From: an uncultured delta proteobacterium
GTDB taxonomy: Bacteria > Myxococcota_A > Polyangia > Fen-1088
NCBI GenBank assembly: GCA_963849735.1
Contig: CAWKJE010000012.1
Span: 193,199-257,198, forward strand
Reading direction: 5' to 3'
Length of the DNA: 64,000 nt
A program made the translations under genes and the position numbers. Below, in pieces: positions 29,623-39,818 of this stretch (position 1 is its first letter; every line of letters begins with the position of its first letter). The notes below the pieces were generated by a model that saw only the letters and a list, made by a program, of their open reading frames with translations, made no database searches and was not told the DNA's origin.

Positions 29623-30696
29623 CTAGCACACGCGTCGATCGGGTGTCTCGCTTCCCAGGCCAGCGGGGCTGGCGGCGCGGGCCGGGGTGGACGCCGGGGC
29701 AGGGGCCGGGGGCGCAGCCGCGGCCGGGTCCATGGTCGACCTGTCCCAGCGCAGGAAAGCCAAGGGGGTCAGCACGCCGTTCACCAGCACGGTGCGAATG
29801 CGCAGCACCAGGTAGAGGATGAGCCCGAACGTGGGTTCGAGACCGAGGAACTTGAAGACGAAGAAGGCCGTGCCCTCGCACACGCCGATGCGCGCTGGCA
29901 GTATGGCGATCACATACTCCGCGACGTTCATGGTGGCGTAGACCAAGGTCGCCTGGGCAAACCCGTAGGGCAGGTGGGTGAGCTTGAAGCCCGCGTATAT
30001 GCTCCACCAGCCGGTCATGCGCGCCACGGCCTGGTAGCAGAACACCTTCAGATAGGCTGTCCGTCGCTCTTGTCCAAACTGGCGCATCTCACGGTCGATG
30101 TTGCGCGCCAGATCGAGCCAGTGGTGGCTGGGCCGGTGCAGCCCGGGGAGGAGGGCGATGAGCTTGACCGCCTTTTCCGTGGCACCGAAGCGAATGACAA
30201 AACGCAGGATGAGGTAGGGCAGGAAAGCCAGGGCGTTGGCGGCGCAAACGATGGCAATGGTGCTGGCGCTAGCCTGCGGGCACAGGATGACGGCCAGCGC
30301 GGCGGTCGAGGCCGACACCGCCGGGCGTGACAGCTTGAAGATGTAGTTCCAGATGAGGGTGCCGCTTATGGCCGGTTGCGAGCCGAAATAGCCGCGCATG
30401 AGGCCGGTCTTGAGAATTTCGCCCGACTCCCAGGGCAAGATCAGGTTTAGGGTGGAGCCGGCGCTGTTCACTGCCACCGCATGGGACACGCGCAGGCGGG
30501 GGCCGACCACTGCGCACAGAGCGGCGCCATCGAGGATGGTTTCCGCGAGCCCGAGCGCGCACAGGACGAGGCTGCCCGGAACGCCGACCGAGTGGAGGGC
30601 GCCGGCGATGGTCGACCAACCGATGCGGCCGAGCAGCCAGAGCAGGGCCGCGAGGGCGGCAGCGACGGAAACCAGCTGGACGATTTTCTTGGTCAC
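29623..30696 (-). CDS. Flippase-like (lysylphosphatidylglycerol synthase TM-region family) integral membrane protein with an Ala/Pro-rich C-terminal tail
   Basis: About 8 TM segments. The N-terminus MTKKIVQLVSVAAALAALLWLLGRIGWSTI is typical of UPF0104/LPG_synthase_TM proteins. The assignment is by pattern only. Confidence 0.45.
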   Translation of the reverse strand: MTKKIVQLVSVAAALAALLWLLGRIGWSTIAGALHSVGVPGSLVLCALGLAETILDGAALCAVVGPRLRVSHAVAVNSAGSTLNLILPWESGEILKTGLMRGYFGSQPAISGTLIWNYIFKLSRPAVSASTAALAVILCPQASASTIAIVCAANALAFLPYLILRFVIRFGATEKAVKLIALLPGLHRPSHHWLDLARNIDREMRQFGQERRTAYLKVFCYQAVARMTGWWSIYAGFKLTHLPYGFAQATLVYATMNVAEYVIAILPARIGVCEGTAFFVFKFLGLEPTFGLILYLVLRIRTVLVNGVLTPLAFLRWDRSTMDPAAAAPPAPAPASTPARAASPAGLGSETPDRRVC

Positions 30697-31316
30697 CGGC
30701 GGGCCTGGTCTCGCGCCTGGCGAGGGCGGTCATCCTGGCCGCCTTGCGGTGCCAATGCGGCCAGGATGAAGGGGATGGCAGTAGCCAGCGAATCGGCGAT
30801 GTGGTCAGCCAGCTCGCGGCCTTGCGCGGCCAGCGCGGCCTCTACCGCCTGTCCGTAGCCGGTACGCACGAGCACGGTTCGGGCGGTCACCGCGCGGCCG
30901 GCCTCGAGATCGCTCTGGTTGTCGCCGACCATGACCGAGCGGCCGAGCTCCAGTCCGAGATCGCCCGCCGCCGCGAGCAGCATGCCGGGTCGGGGCTTGC
31001 GACAGGGGCAGCCCGCGTCGGGCAAGTGCGGACAGAAGTACCAGGCATCGATGTGGGCCGAGTGCTCGGCCAGCATGGCCGCGATGGCCCGGGTGACCGC
31101 CTGGTATTCCGGCTCGCCATAGTGGCCGCGACCGATCCCGGCTTGGTTGCTGACCACCGCGACCGGGAGGGCAAGACGGTTGACCATTGCTATGGCCTGG
31201 GCCGCGCCGGGAACGAGGATCGCGTCTTCGGGACGGTGGAGATAGTGGCATTCCTCGTTGATCACGCCATCACGGTCGAGGAGCAGCCCCGGACCGCGGG
31301 CGGTGAGGCTAACCAT
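30693..31316 (-). CDS. gmhB: D-glycero-D-manno-heptose 1,7-bisphosphate phosphatase (HAD-IIIA)
   Basis: LLLDRDGVINEE has the HAD motif I (DxDG). VVSNQAGI and GDNQSDLEAG are also present. About 200 aa. Confidence 0.75.
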   Translation of the reverse strand: MVSLTARGPGLLLDRDGVINEECHYLHRPEDAILVPGAAQAIAMVNRLALPVAVVSNQAGIGRGHYGEPEYQAVTRAIAAMLAEHSAHIDAWYFCPHLPDAGCPCRKPRPGMLLAAAGDLGLELGRSVMVGDNQSDLEAGRAVTARTVLVRTGYGQAVEAALAAQGRELADHIADSLATAIPFILAALAPQGGQDDRPRQARDQARR

Positions 31317-31899
31317 CGCGCGCCTGGAACAAGCTGTGCTCGACCCATTGGCAAAGGACGTGGCCGATGGTGATGTGGGCCTCCTGCACGCGAGGCGTAT
31401 CCCGTGAGGGCACGGCGATCACGCAGTCGGCGTAGGGGGCGAGGAGCGTGCTGTCCGCGCCGGTGAGGGCGATGAGCTTGAGGCCGAGCGCGTCCTTGCT
31501 GCGCGCGGCCGCGACCACATTCTTGGAGGCACCGCTGGTGCTGATGGCCACGGCAACATCACCGGGGCGAGCGTGGGCGGCGAGCAGGCGGGCGTAGATC
31601 TGCTCGAAGGCATAGTCGTTGGCCACCGCCGTCACGGTGGAGCTATTGGCGGCCAGCGCCAGGGCAGGCAGGCCCGGCCGGTCAAAGGCAAAGCGGCACT
31701 CCATTTCCGCGGCCAGATGCTGGGCATCCGCGGCGCTGCCCCCGTTGCCGAAGAATATGGCCTTGTTGCCGGATTGGTAGGCGTGCACGAGCATGCGCGC
31801 GGCCATGGCGATGGGGGCGCCAAGCGTGCTTGCGACCTGCTCCTTGACGGCAATGCTCGTGGCGACCGAGTCGGCGAGGAGCTGTTCTATGGTCATCAT
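31309..31899 (-). CDS. gmhA: Sedoheptulose-7-phosphate isomerase (SIS domain)
   Basis: SGNKAIFFGNGGSAADAQHLAAE and the SIS fold are present. About 196 aa. Confidence 0.8.
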   Translation of the reverse strand: MMTIEQLLADSVATSIAVKEQVASTLGAPIAMAARMLVHAYQSGNKAIFFGNGGSAADAQHLAAEMECRFAFDRPGLPALALAANSSTVTAVANDYAFEQIYARLLAAHARPGDVAVAISTSGASKNVVAAARSKDALGLKLIALTGADSTLLAPYADCVIAVPSRDTPRVQEAHITIGHVLCQWVEHSLFQARDG

Positions 31900-32669
31900 G
31901 AGATCACGGGGGGCACGCCGGCGGAAGATAGCCGTCGGGCGCGATAGAACGCCACGAAGTCATGATAGCTCGCGGGGGTGCCGATGTCGAAGAAGGCGCC
32001 TCCCTGAGGCGAAACCCCGATGGGTTCTCCGGCGGCGAGCAGGCCGGGCAATACCTGGCGTTCGAGCGAGCTGGGAGCGACGATGCGGTGGAGCACGGCC
32101 GGCTCCATGACATAGACCCCGGCGTTGATAAGGCCAGGGCGTGCCCCGCCGTCCTTTTCGCAAAAGCCCGCGAGCGAGCCCTGCGCCGAGAGGTCGAGGC
32201 GGCCATAGCGATCGGCGTTGTCAACCGTCGCCGCAGCCAGGGTCACCAGGGCCCGCGCGTTCTCATGCGCTCGCAGCAGAGCATCGAGATCGAGGTCAAG
32301 GTAGGTGTCCCCGTTGCAGAGCAGAAAACGTTCGTCACAGAATCGGCTGGCCAGCTTGAGAGCCCCGCCGGTACCGAGCGGGCTCGGCTCGGTGGATGCC
32401 TCGATTTCCAGCCCGGCTGGCCAACTGCTGCGCCCGGCTTGTACGAAGTCCAGGACTTGCTCGGCACGGTGACCGAGCAAGAGCACGATGCGCCTGATGC
32501 CGCGTGCCAGCAGCAGATCTATGAGAATGCCCAGAAACGGGCGGTCATCTACCAGGGCCAGGACTTTGGGGCGATCGGAGACCACGCCCGCCAGCCGGGT
32601 GCCCAGGCCACCGGCCAGGATGAAGACGCGCTCACGCCGACAAAGCCGTGCCACGATGGTCTCAGACAC
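31896..32669 (-). CDS. hddC: D-glycero-alpha-D-manno-heptose 1-phosphate guanylyltransferase-like sugar-1-phosphate nucleotidyltransferase
   Basis: FILAGGLGTRL with a G-x-G-T-R-L nucleotidyltransferase loop. The HddC-like size (about 250 aa) and the gmhA/gmhB/GHMP kinase context support the assignment. Confidence 0.65.
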   Translation of the reverse strand: MSETIVARLCRRERVFILAGGLGTRLAGVVSDRPKVLALVDDRPFLGILIDLLLARGIRRIVLLLGHRAEQVLDFVQAGRSSWPAGLEIEASTEPSPLGTGGALKLASRFCDERFLLCNGDTYLDLDLDALLRAHENARALVTLAAATVDNADRYGRLDLSAQGSLAGFCEKDGGARPGLINAGVYVMEPAVLHRIVAPSSLERQVLPGLLAAGEPIGVSPQGGAFFDIGTPASYHDFVAFYRARRLSSAGVPPVIS

Positions 32670-32696
32670 CTGGTAGCGATGGCCGCGGACACACAG

Positions 32697-33764
32697 TCAT
32701 GACGAAGGACCCTCCGAGGGTCCTTTATCTAGTAAACCGCCGGCTTCCTCGGCCAGGGTCTGCTCGGGCACTTGCCAGATCTGCATGCCCCCCGAGTCGA
32801 AGACCAGTGGAGTGGGGCGGGCGCCCACGCGCTGTAGTGCGGCGGCGACCTGCCCTTTCTTGGTGAAGGGAGTGAAGAATAGGAAGAAACCTCCCCCGCC
32901 GGCGCCTAGCAGCTTACCGCCGAGCGCGCCAGCTTTTCTGGCCTCCTCGTACACTTGGGCAAGGTAAGGGGTAGTCGTTCCGGGATTCATGCGTTGCTTT
33001 TGTAGCCATGCCTCGTGGAGGTGCTGGCCGAAGTCCTTCAGCTTGCCTTGCAGCAGGCACGCCATCATCTCACGCGTGAGCGCCTTCATGTCGGCGAGGG
33101 CGTCCAGGGTCTGCTGGCTCTCCCGGTAGAGCTTGACCTGGGCGGCCACGATGTCGTTCGAATCACGCTGCTTGCGCGTATAGAACATCTGCAGGTGGTA
33201 GCCCAGCTCTTCGAGAATCCACGGCTCGATACGCAAGGGGAAGATCACGGCGTCTTTGCCGAACTCCATGAAGTTCATGCCCCCGAATACGGCGGCGTAG
33301 TGATCCTGGTGTCCGACCGCACGGCCCAGATCGTCGTGCTCGACCTGGTAGGCGATACGAGCCATCTCGTACTTGGTCAGCATCAGGTTGAAGGCGTGAT
33401 TGACGAGGCCGACCATTAGACATGAAATCGAACCCGACGAGCCCAGGCCGGTACCGGGGGGAGCGTCACTGTGCAAGTAGATGTCGAGCCCGCGGGGGGG
33501 GTTGAGCCTCCGGATCACCGAACGCAAGAAACTGAGCTTGTCACCGTCGTTGATTTCGTGCCCCAGCTCGTAGTGGACGAGCTCGTCATAGTCGACGGAA
33601 AAGATCCTGACCTGATGATCGTCGCGGACCGACAGCGAGCCCATGGCATACATGCCTATGGTCGTCGACAGAACACAGCCGCCGTATTCATCGCAGTAGG
33701 GCGAAACATCCGAGCCCCCGCCCGAAAAGCTTATACGCAGCGGGGCTTTGCCGCGAATCAACAC
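32697..33764 (-). CDS. hddA: GHMP kinase, D-glycero-alpha-D-manno-heptose 7-phosphate kinase-like
   Basis: PPGTGLGSSGSISCLMVGL is the GHMP ATP-binding motif. About 355 aa. The C-terminal DKGPSEGPSS is encoded by the palindromic element. Confidence 0.65.
   Translation of the reverse strand: MLIRGKAPLRISFSGGGSDVSPYCDEYGGCVLSTTIGMYAMGSLSVRDDHQVRIFSVDYDELVHYELGHEINDGDKLSFLRSVIRRLNPPRGLDIYLHSDAPPGTGLGSSGSISCLMVGLVNHAFNLMLTKYEMARIAYQVEHDDLGRAVGHQDHYAAVFGGMNFMEFGKDAVIFPLRIEPWILEELGYHLQMFYTRKQRDSNDIVAAQVKLYRESQQTLDALADMKALTREMMACLLQGKLKDFGQHLHEAWLQKQRMNPGTTTPYLAQVYEEARKAGALGGKLLGAGGGGFFLFFTPFTKKGQVAAALQRVGARPTPLVFDSGGMQIWQVPEQTLAEEAGGLLDKGPSEGPSS
32705..32725. repeat. Palindromic element copy 3 (aaggaccctc-c-gagggtcctt), forming the C-terminal codons of hddA
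   Basis: Perfect 10-bp inverted repeat, coordinates checked base by base. Lies 8 bp from the hddA stop. Confidence 0.75.
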
Positions 33765-34918
33765 GGGTGGCTCCCGGCCAGCAGAGTGGCGTAGGCGTCG
33801 AGGTGCATGCGGCCGACGTTGGCCCAGCTGGTGGCTTCGGCAAAGGCTCTGATCTTGCCACGCATTTCCGCGGCCCAGGTCTGATCGCTGAGCAAGCGCA
33901 GCAGCGTTGCGGCCCAGGCGGCGGGATCGCTGTCCGGCACGGTCAACGCCGGGTCGATGCTCCGGGTTACCTCGTCGAACTTCGCGATGCGCGAACAGAG
34001 CATGAGCTTGCCCAGGCCCGCCGTCTGGTGCACCACGCCGCTGGCGGAGCTGTAATCCTGGAGGTAGGGCATGGCGACGACGTCGGCGGCGGAATAGACG
34101 ACGGGGACCATGTCCTCGGGGACAAACCCGCCAAAGAAGCGCACCCGTCGCCCTACACCCAAGAGCAGACAGCGGGTCTTGAGATACCCAACGTAGGCGG
34201 AGTACATCCGGCTGCGCGTGTGACCGCCCACGTAGAGAAAGGCCTCGGGCAGGTCGCGCGCGACCCGGGCAAAGACCGTGAGCAAAAAGTCGATACCCTT
34301 ACCGAGCCAGATGTGGCCGAAAAAGAGCACCACCTTGGCGTCGGTAGGCACTTGCAAGCGGGACCGGCTTTGCGCCGGGTCATGGGCGGGCATGGCCTTG
34401 CTCCCGTGCGGGAATACCGCGACTTTTGCCGCGGGCACCCCGCGTGCGAGCAGATCGTTCTTCATGCGCTCGGTGTGCACGTAGATGAGCGAGGCTTGCG
34501 CCGCGATGGCGCGGTCGAGGTCGGCCGCCGTGCGGCCGGGCGCGTACGACGAGCGCATGCGCGCGCGATATACCGAATGGAGATTGACCACGGCATGCGT
34601 TCCCTGGCGGGCCAGGCGGGCGAGCAGTCGGGGCAGTCGATCGTCATCGCCGAAGAGATCGGGCGAGTGCTGGATGATGGCCAGGTCCGGACCAACGCTT
34701 TGTGCCGCGGCCGCGATGTCGTCGACGTAGTCGCTGCCCACGCGAAAGCAGGGAATGCACTGGTATTCCTCGTGGTTCGCCGCCGCGGCGGGATGGGCGG
34801 CCAGGATGTAGTGCTTCTCGGGTAGATGCTCCCGCATGCCGCGCATCAGGTTTTCCGTGTAGTGGGTGTGTCCGAAGCGTGAGGTCGGCCAAAAGGTGGT
34901 GATGTGACAGATCTTCAT
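33758..34918 (-). CDS. Glycosyltransferase family 4 (GT-B fold)
   Basis: MKICHITTFWP at the N-terminus and a C-terminal GT1/GT4 domain (VVLFFGHIWLGKGIDFLL...). Confidence 0.65.
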   Translation of the reverse strand: MKICHITTFWPTSRFGHTHYTENLMRGMREHLPEKHYILAAHPAAAANHEEYQCIPCFRVGSDYVDDIAAAAQSVGPDLAIIQHSPDLFGDDDRLPRLLARLARQGTHAVVNLHSVYRARMRSSYAPGRTAADLDRAIAAQASLIYVHTERMKNDLLARGVPAAKVAVFPHGSKAMPAHDPAQSRSRLQVPTDAKVVLFFGHIWLGKGIDFLLTVFARVARDLPEAFLYVGGHTRSRMYSAYVGYLKTRCLLLGVGRRVRFFGGFVPEDMVPVVYSAADVVAMPYLQDYSSASGVVHQTAGLGKLMLCSRIAKFDEVTRSIDPALTVPDSDPAAWAATLLRLLSDQTWAAEMRGKIRAFAEATSWANVGRMHLDAYATLLAGSHPC

Positions 34919-34938
34919 CGCGGTCCGGTGGGGCCAGA

Positions 34939-36201
34939 TTACGCCTGGCGCAAGCCAGCCGGCAATTTCTCCTCCCCCCCTTCGGTCCGGGCTGGCCCGG
35001 TCATCCCGGTTTCTTCCCGCCTCGGGTGGGCAATTTCAGGGCCGGCCACCGGCTGCCCCTTGCCCATAACGCAACTATCGTAGAGCGCGGTGAAGCGCTC
35101 GATGAGCAGGCGGTTGTCGAGCGCTGCCGCGACCCGAGCCCTGGCCTTTTCGCCCATGACCTCGAGGTCGCCGGCCGGCGCATGCAGAACCTGGTCGAGC
35201 GCCTCGGCCAGGGCGCGCCCATCGGCGGTCGGAACCTCGGCTCCGGTTTCGCCGGGGCGCACCAGACCGTCAATATTGGCGGCGTGCGAAGCCAGCACCG
35301 GCCGTCCGCACGCGTGGGCTTCGATGGCGGCGTTGGGCATACCTTCGTAGAGGGAGGGCAGGACCACCACGTCGGCCGCATGGTAGAGCGACAGCACGTC
35401 CGCAACCGGGCCCAAGAGGCGAACCTGCTCGGCGAGTTGCCAGCGCCGGACCAGCCAGCGCAGCACCCGCGCATACACGGGGTCGCGATCGCGCCCGGCC
35501 AGCAAGAGCCGCGCCCCCGGCGGCAGCCGCCCCTTGCGCCGCAGGTTGTGCAGCGCCCACAGCAGGCCCAGCTGGTGCTTCTGCACGCTGATCCGTCCCG
35601 GCAGGAGCAAGACTCGATCGGAATCGCCCAGGCCCCAGCGCTGGCGGGCCGCTTGCCGCTCCCCGGCCTTTGCAGGGCGAAAGCTAGCGAGGTCCACGAA
35701 GTTGGGGATGACCTCGATCTTGTCCGCGGGCACGCGCGCCCAGGAGATGAGCTCGCTCTGCACCCCGACTGAGTTGCACAGCACTCGGTCGGTGAACTTG
35801 GCGAAGCTGGCTTCGGTGAGCAGGTTGGGCAGACCGATGCGGCGGTTGCGCACCGAGGTGATGAGGACGGGCACCTGCAGCCCGAAGAGCCTGATGGCCA
35901 TGCGCGTCCAGAAGTTGGCGCGGTCGCGGTAGCTGTGCACGATGGTGGGTTGCTCGCTGGTGATGACCGCGGCCAGCCGCTTCAGCCCGCGCCAGCTCAT
36001 GTGCCGCGTGCCCAAGACGTGGTGGGGCGCCCCGGGCGGCAGATACTGCTGGTAGTGGACCTCCTCGGCTTCGAAGAGGCACAACACGCTAGCGAAGCGC
36101 TCGGGCAGGCGGCGCATCAGCTCGAGGAGCTGGCGCTCGGCGCCCCCTTGGCGCAAGCCCGGAGTTACGAAAAGAATCTTGCACCGTGCCTGGCTCATCT
36201 T
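34939..36201 (-). CDS. Glycosyltransferase family 4 (GT-B fold)
   Basis: CKILFVTPGLRQGGAERQ at the N-terminus and the EX7E motif LPSLYEGMPNAAIEAHACGRPVLAS. Confidence 0.7.
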   Translation of the reverse strand, partial: KMSQARCKILFVTPGLRQGGAERQLLELMRRLPERFASVLCLFEAEEVHYQQYLPPGAPHHVLGTRHMSWRGLKRLAAVITSEQPTIVHSYRDRANFWTRMAIRLFGLQVPVLITSVRNRRIGLPNLLTEASFAKFTDRVLCNSVGVQSELISWARVPADKIEVIPNFVDLASFRPAKAGERQAARQRWGLGDSDRVLLLPGRISVQKHQLGLLWALHNLRRKGRLPPGARLLLAGRDRDPVYARVLRWLVRRWQLAEQVRLLGPVADVLSLYHAADVVVLPSLYEGMPNAAIEAHACGRPVLASHAANIDGLVRPGETGAEVPTADGRALAEALDQVLHAPAGDLEVMGEKARARVAAALDNRLLIERFTALYDSCVMGKGQPVAGPEIAHPRREETGMTGPARTEGGEEKLPAGLRQA

Positions 36202-36372
36202 CTTGCGGCCGTGGATGAGACCATAACAGTTAGTGTCCAAAAATCGAGCAACCCGAGTCTCATAGCTCGGCTTTGTCCGCAACCCAAGACGTCTACCGGT
36301 GGTCGGCGCGGGCCAAGGCCGGGTCTCAAACCTGAAGCCCTCTGAAGCTGGTCAAGCTGGCCGTCTTCCTGC

Positions 36373-38286
36373 ATGCTGGACGAAGGCATGTGCGGTATCT
36401 GCGGTATTCTCGCTCCGACCGAAGCTGGCCCTGCTCAGGAAGCGGCGGTGCGGGCTATGGCCCAGGCCCTGGCGCACCGAGGTCCCGATCACGAGGGCAT
36501 AGCCAGCCACGGGCCGGTGGTGCTCGGGCATCGACGTCTGTCGATCATCGACCTCTCCGCGAGCGGCAATCAGCCCATGGCCAACGAGGACGGCACGATC
36601 TTGGCCGTGGTCAACGGCGAAATCTATAATTTCCGGGAGCTGCGCCAACGTCTCGAGGCCGCGGGGCACCGCTTTCGTTCGCACTCCGACTCCGAGATCC
36701 TCGTGCACCTGTACGAGGAGCGGGGCGAAGGCCTGCTCGAAGACGTGCGGGGCATGTTCGCCTTTGCCATCTGGGACGATCGCGCGCGCAAGCTGCTCGT
36801 CGCCCGCGACCGCCTGGGCAAGAAGCCGGTCTACTACGCGTCCTTCGCGGGCGGCTTTGCCTTCGCTTCGGAGCTGCCTGCCCTGGTGCGCGGCTTGCCC
36901 TTCCGGCCCGAGGTGGATGCCCAGGCCATCGAGCGCTACCTGACCTTGCAGTACGTGCCCGCGCCACTTTGCGCATTGCGCGGCGCGGCCAAGCTGCCCG
37001 CCGGGCACTTGCTGGTGGTTCGCCCGGGGCAGGCGGTCGAGGTCCGCCGCTACTGGCGGCTTTCCTTCGCCCCCCGGGCGGGAGCGCCGCAAAAGCTGGC
37101 CGAGGCCGCCGAGGACTTGACCCCGATGCTCGAGGAGGCGGTCCGTCTGCGCCAGATCGCCGACGTTCCCCTGGGCGCCTTCTTGAGCGGCGGGATCGAT
37201 TCCAGCCTGGTGGTTGCGCTGATGGCCAAGAACAGCAACCAGCCCGTCGAGACCTTCTCTATCGATTTCGCGGGCAGCGCCGGCGAAGCGGCGTGGGCGC
37301 GCCAGGTCGCCACCATGTGGAGCACTCGCCATCACGAGCTCGAGGTCAAGCCGGACATGGTGGCGATTCTGCCCGAGCTGGTGCGGCGCTACGGCGAGCC
37401 CTTCGCCGACACCTCGGCCGTGCCAGTTTACTATCTGTCCAAGCTGGCCCGGGCGAACGTCGTGGTGGCGCTTAGCGGCGATGGGGGCGACGAGGTCTTC
37501 GGCGGCTACCGCCGCTACGCCTGGGATAAACTGGCTCGTCACGTCGCCGCCCTGGGCAAGCCGGTGAGCACCGCGGTCGGCCAGCTTTTGGCTCGTCTGC
37601 CGGGGGCCTCTCGGCACGCCGTGCGCGCGTTCGGGACCGCGCTGGGGCGGCCCATGGCTGACAGATATCTGCCACTGGTTGCCCATTTTTCACCCGCCGA
37701 GAAGGCCGGGCTCCTGACCCAGGCCTTCATCAGCAGCTTGGGCCAGTCCGCGGGCGCACCCGACCCGGTCGTGCAGTGGTTTGCCGATATCTTGGGGCGA
37801 AGCTCGGCCCAAGACGATGTGAATCGCCTGCTCGACCTCGATACCCAGACCTACCTGCCCGACGACATTCTGGTCAAAGTCGATATTGCCTCCATGGCGC
37901 ACGCCCTGGAGGTTCGCGCGCCCTTGCTCGACCACGTCGTGGTCGAATGGATGGCCGGGCTGCCCGGCCACCTGAAGCTGCGCGGCCTGCGCGGCAAGCG
38001 GCTGCTGCGCCAGATCGCCAAGGGCAAGATCCCCGATAGCATCATCGCGCGTAGGAAGAAGGGCTTTGCCCTACCCGTCGACCACTGGTTCCGCGGCGAG
38101 TTGCGCGGCATGGCGCATGACCTGCTGCTCGCCCCGGGCGCTGGCACCCGCGACTATGTCGAGCGCGCTCGGGTCGCAGACCTGCTCGCCGAGCAGGATC
38201 GCGGCGCCCACCATGGCGAGCAGCTGTGGAACCTGGCGGTGCTCGAGCTCTGGCTGCGCGAGCGCTCTTCCGAGGCTGCCGCTTGA
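36373..38286 (+). CDS. Asparagine synthetase (glutamine-hydrolysing) family amidotransferase (WbpS-like)
   Basis: MCGICGIL Ntn-Cys amidotransferase N-terminus and the SGGIDSS PP-loop. 637 aa. Confidence 0.85.
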   Translation: MLDEGMCGICGILAPTEAGPAQEAAVRAMAQALAHRGPDHEGIASHGPVVLGHRRLSIIDLSASGNQPMANEDGTILAVVNGEIYNFRELRQRLEAAGHRFRSHSDSEILVHLYEERGEGLLEDVRGMFAFAIWDDRARKLLVARDRLGKKPVYYASFAGGFAFASELPALVRGLPFRPEVDAQAIERYLTLQYVPAPLCALRGAAKLPAGHLLVVRPGQAVEVRRYWRLSFAPRAGAPQKLAEAAEDLTPMLEEAVRLRQIADVPLGAFLSGGIDSSLVVALMAKNSNQPVETFSIDFAGSAGEAAWARQVATMWSTRHHELEVKPDMVAILPELVRRYGEPFADTSAVPVYYLSKLARANVVVALSGDGGDEVFGGYRRYAWDKLARHVAALGKPVSTAVGQLLARLPGASRHAVRAFGTALGRPMADRYLPLVAHFSPAEKAGLLTQAFISSLGQSAGAPDPVVQWFADILGRSSAQDDVNRLLDLDTQTYLPDDILVKVDIASMAHALEVRAPLLDHVVVEWMAGLPGHLKLRGLRGKRLLRQIAKGKIPDSIIARRKKGFALPVDHWFRGELRGMAHDLLLAPGAGTRDYVERARVADLLAEQDRGAHHGEQLWNLAVLELWLRERSSEAAA

Positions 38287-38363
38287 CCCGGTCGGCGGAG
38301 CAGGCCAGGGCGGCCCCCGATGCCCGACAGGCCGACACCGCCCATGCCGCCAAGAGCGGCGCC

Positions 38364-39818
38364 ATGCAAGTCGTGACGGTGGCGGCCCAGGCCCTCACCA
38401 GCGCCACCCATGTCCTGCTGGCCCGCCTATACGGACCGGTCGTCTTCGGCAGCTACCAGGCTTGCCTGGCCGTGCTCGAGGTGGTCACGCGCGGCGGTAC
38501 CGGCGGCGCCGACAAGGGCATGTTGAGATACATCGCTGGCCATCGCGCACGGGGTGAAGCCCATCTGGTGCAAAGAGCCCTGGGCACCGGCTTGCGCCTC
38601 GCTCTCGGGGTGGGTGGGGTGGCCGCGCTGATGGTGATCGTGTTCGCCGGACGCATCGCCGACCTGTGGAAGGCCCCCCAGATCGCGATCGGCCTGCGCT
38701 GCTTGGCCCCGGTTACGGTACTTACCGGAAGTATGTGGGTGCTGGTGCAAGCCAGTCTCGCGGCCAAGACCACCAGGGCCAATTTCCTGGTGCGGGGCCT
38801 GGCCGAGCCCATCTTGCTCCTCGTCGCTGGTCTGGCCGCGGCCATGGTGGGACGCACGCTCGTCTATCTCGCCCTCGGCCATCTCATTGCCGCGTCCCTT
38901 ACTCTGGCGCTAGCCATCGTGGTGGTCGGGCGGGTCTTCGGTCAGGGTGAGCTCGGCCGGGCGCTCAAGGCGCCGCGCTTGCCCGGCTTCACCCGTTTTG
39001 CCGCGCCCCTCGGACTGTCGGAGCTCACCAACGCCATCTTGCAAAGGGCCGACATCCTGCTGCTCACGGTGTTCGTCGGCCCGCGCGCCACCGCGGTGTA
39101 CGCCGCCGCTGAATTCGTCACCCGCGTGATCGCCAATGCCCGCTACGTCCTCGACAGCGTCGCGGCGCCCATGTTCTCGGAGGCTATCCACCTGCATGAC
39201 CGCCAGCGCCTGTACGACAACCTGCGCATGATGAGCCGCTGGGTGTGCCTGGCCGCCGCGCCCATCGCGGCCACCGCGATCGCTTTGCGTCGCGACCTGC
39301 TCGCCCTATACGGGCCCAGCTTCGCGCAAGGCGCAACCGCCTTGGTGGTGCTGGCTATTGGCCATCTGGTCAATGCCTGCCTCGGGCTGTCCGGGTGGAT
39401 CCTGACGGTGAGCGGACGCTCGCGGACCCTGCTCGCCGACAACCTGGTGGCGGCCGTGCTGAACGTGACCATGGGTCTTCTGCTGATCCCGCGCTTTGGC
39501 CTCATCGGTACCACCCTTGCTGCCCTCAGCAGTGTCACCCTGCTCAACCTGATCATCATCGTGCAGGTCTGGCGCAGCCAGGCCGTGCATCCCTTCAGTC
39601 CTGCCCTGGGCAAACCGATCGTCGCCGCCGCGCTGGCCCTGGCGGTGGAGCTCACGATCGCCCACCACGTCGGCGCCACGGCTCCCCGCATCGCCGCCAT
39701 GGTGCTGGCCGGGCTGGCCAGCTACCTGGGGCTCTGCTTCGCTCTCGGGCTGGGCCCCGAGGAGCGCCGCCTGGTCGCCCAGCTGGTCACGCACGTCCGC
39801 TGGCGGTCGCCGAATTAG
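38364..39818 (+). CDS. MOP-superfamily (Wzx-like) polysaccharide/oligosaccharide flippase
   Basis: 12-14 predicted TM segments. Repeated helix-loop pattern typical of polysaccharide biosynthesis (Wzx/RfbX) proteins. The start is uncertain. Confidence 0.5.
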   Translation: MQVVTVAAQALTSATHVLLARLYGPVVFGSYQACLAVLEVVTRGGTGGADKGMLRYIAGHRARGEAHLVQRALGTGLRLALGVGGVAALMVIVFAGRIADLWKAPQIAIGLRCLAPVTVLTGSMWVLVQASLAAKTTRANFLVRGLAEPILLLVAGLAAAMVGRTLVYLALGHLIAASLTLALAIVVVGRVFGQGELGRALKAPRLPGFTRFAAPLGLSELTNAILQRADILLLTVFVGPRATAVYAAAEFVTRVIANARYVLDSVAAPMFSEAIHLHDRQRLYDNLRMMSRWVCLAAAPIAATAIALRRDLLALYGPSFAQGATALVVLAIGHLVNACLGLSGWILTVSGRSRTLLADNLVAAVLNVTMGLLLIPRFGLIGTTLAALSSVTLLNLIIIVQVWRSQAVHPFSPALGKPIVAAALALAVELTIAHHVGATAPRIAAMVLAGLASYLGLCFALGLGPEERRLVAQLVTHVRWRSPN

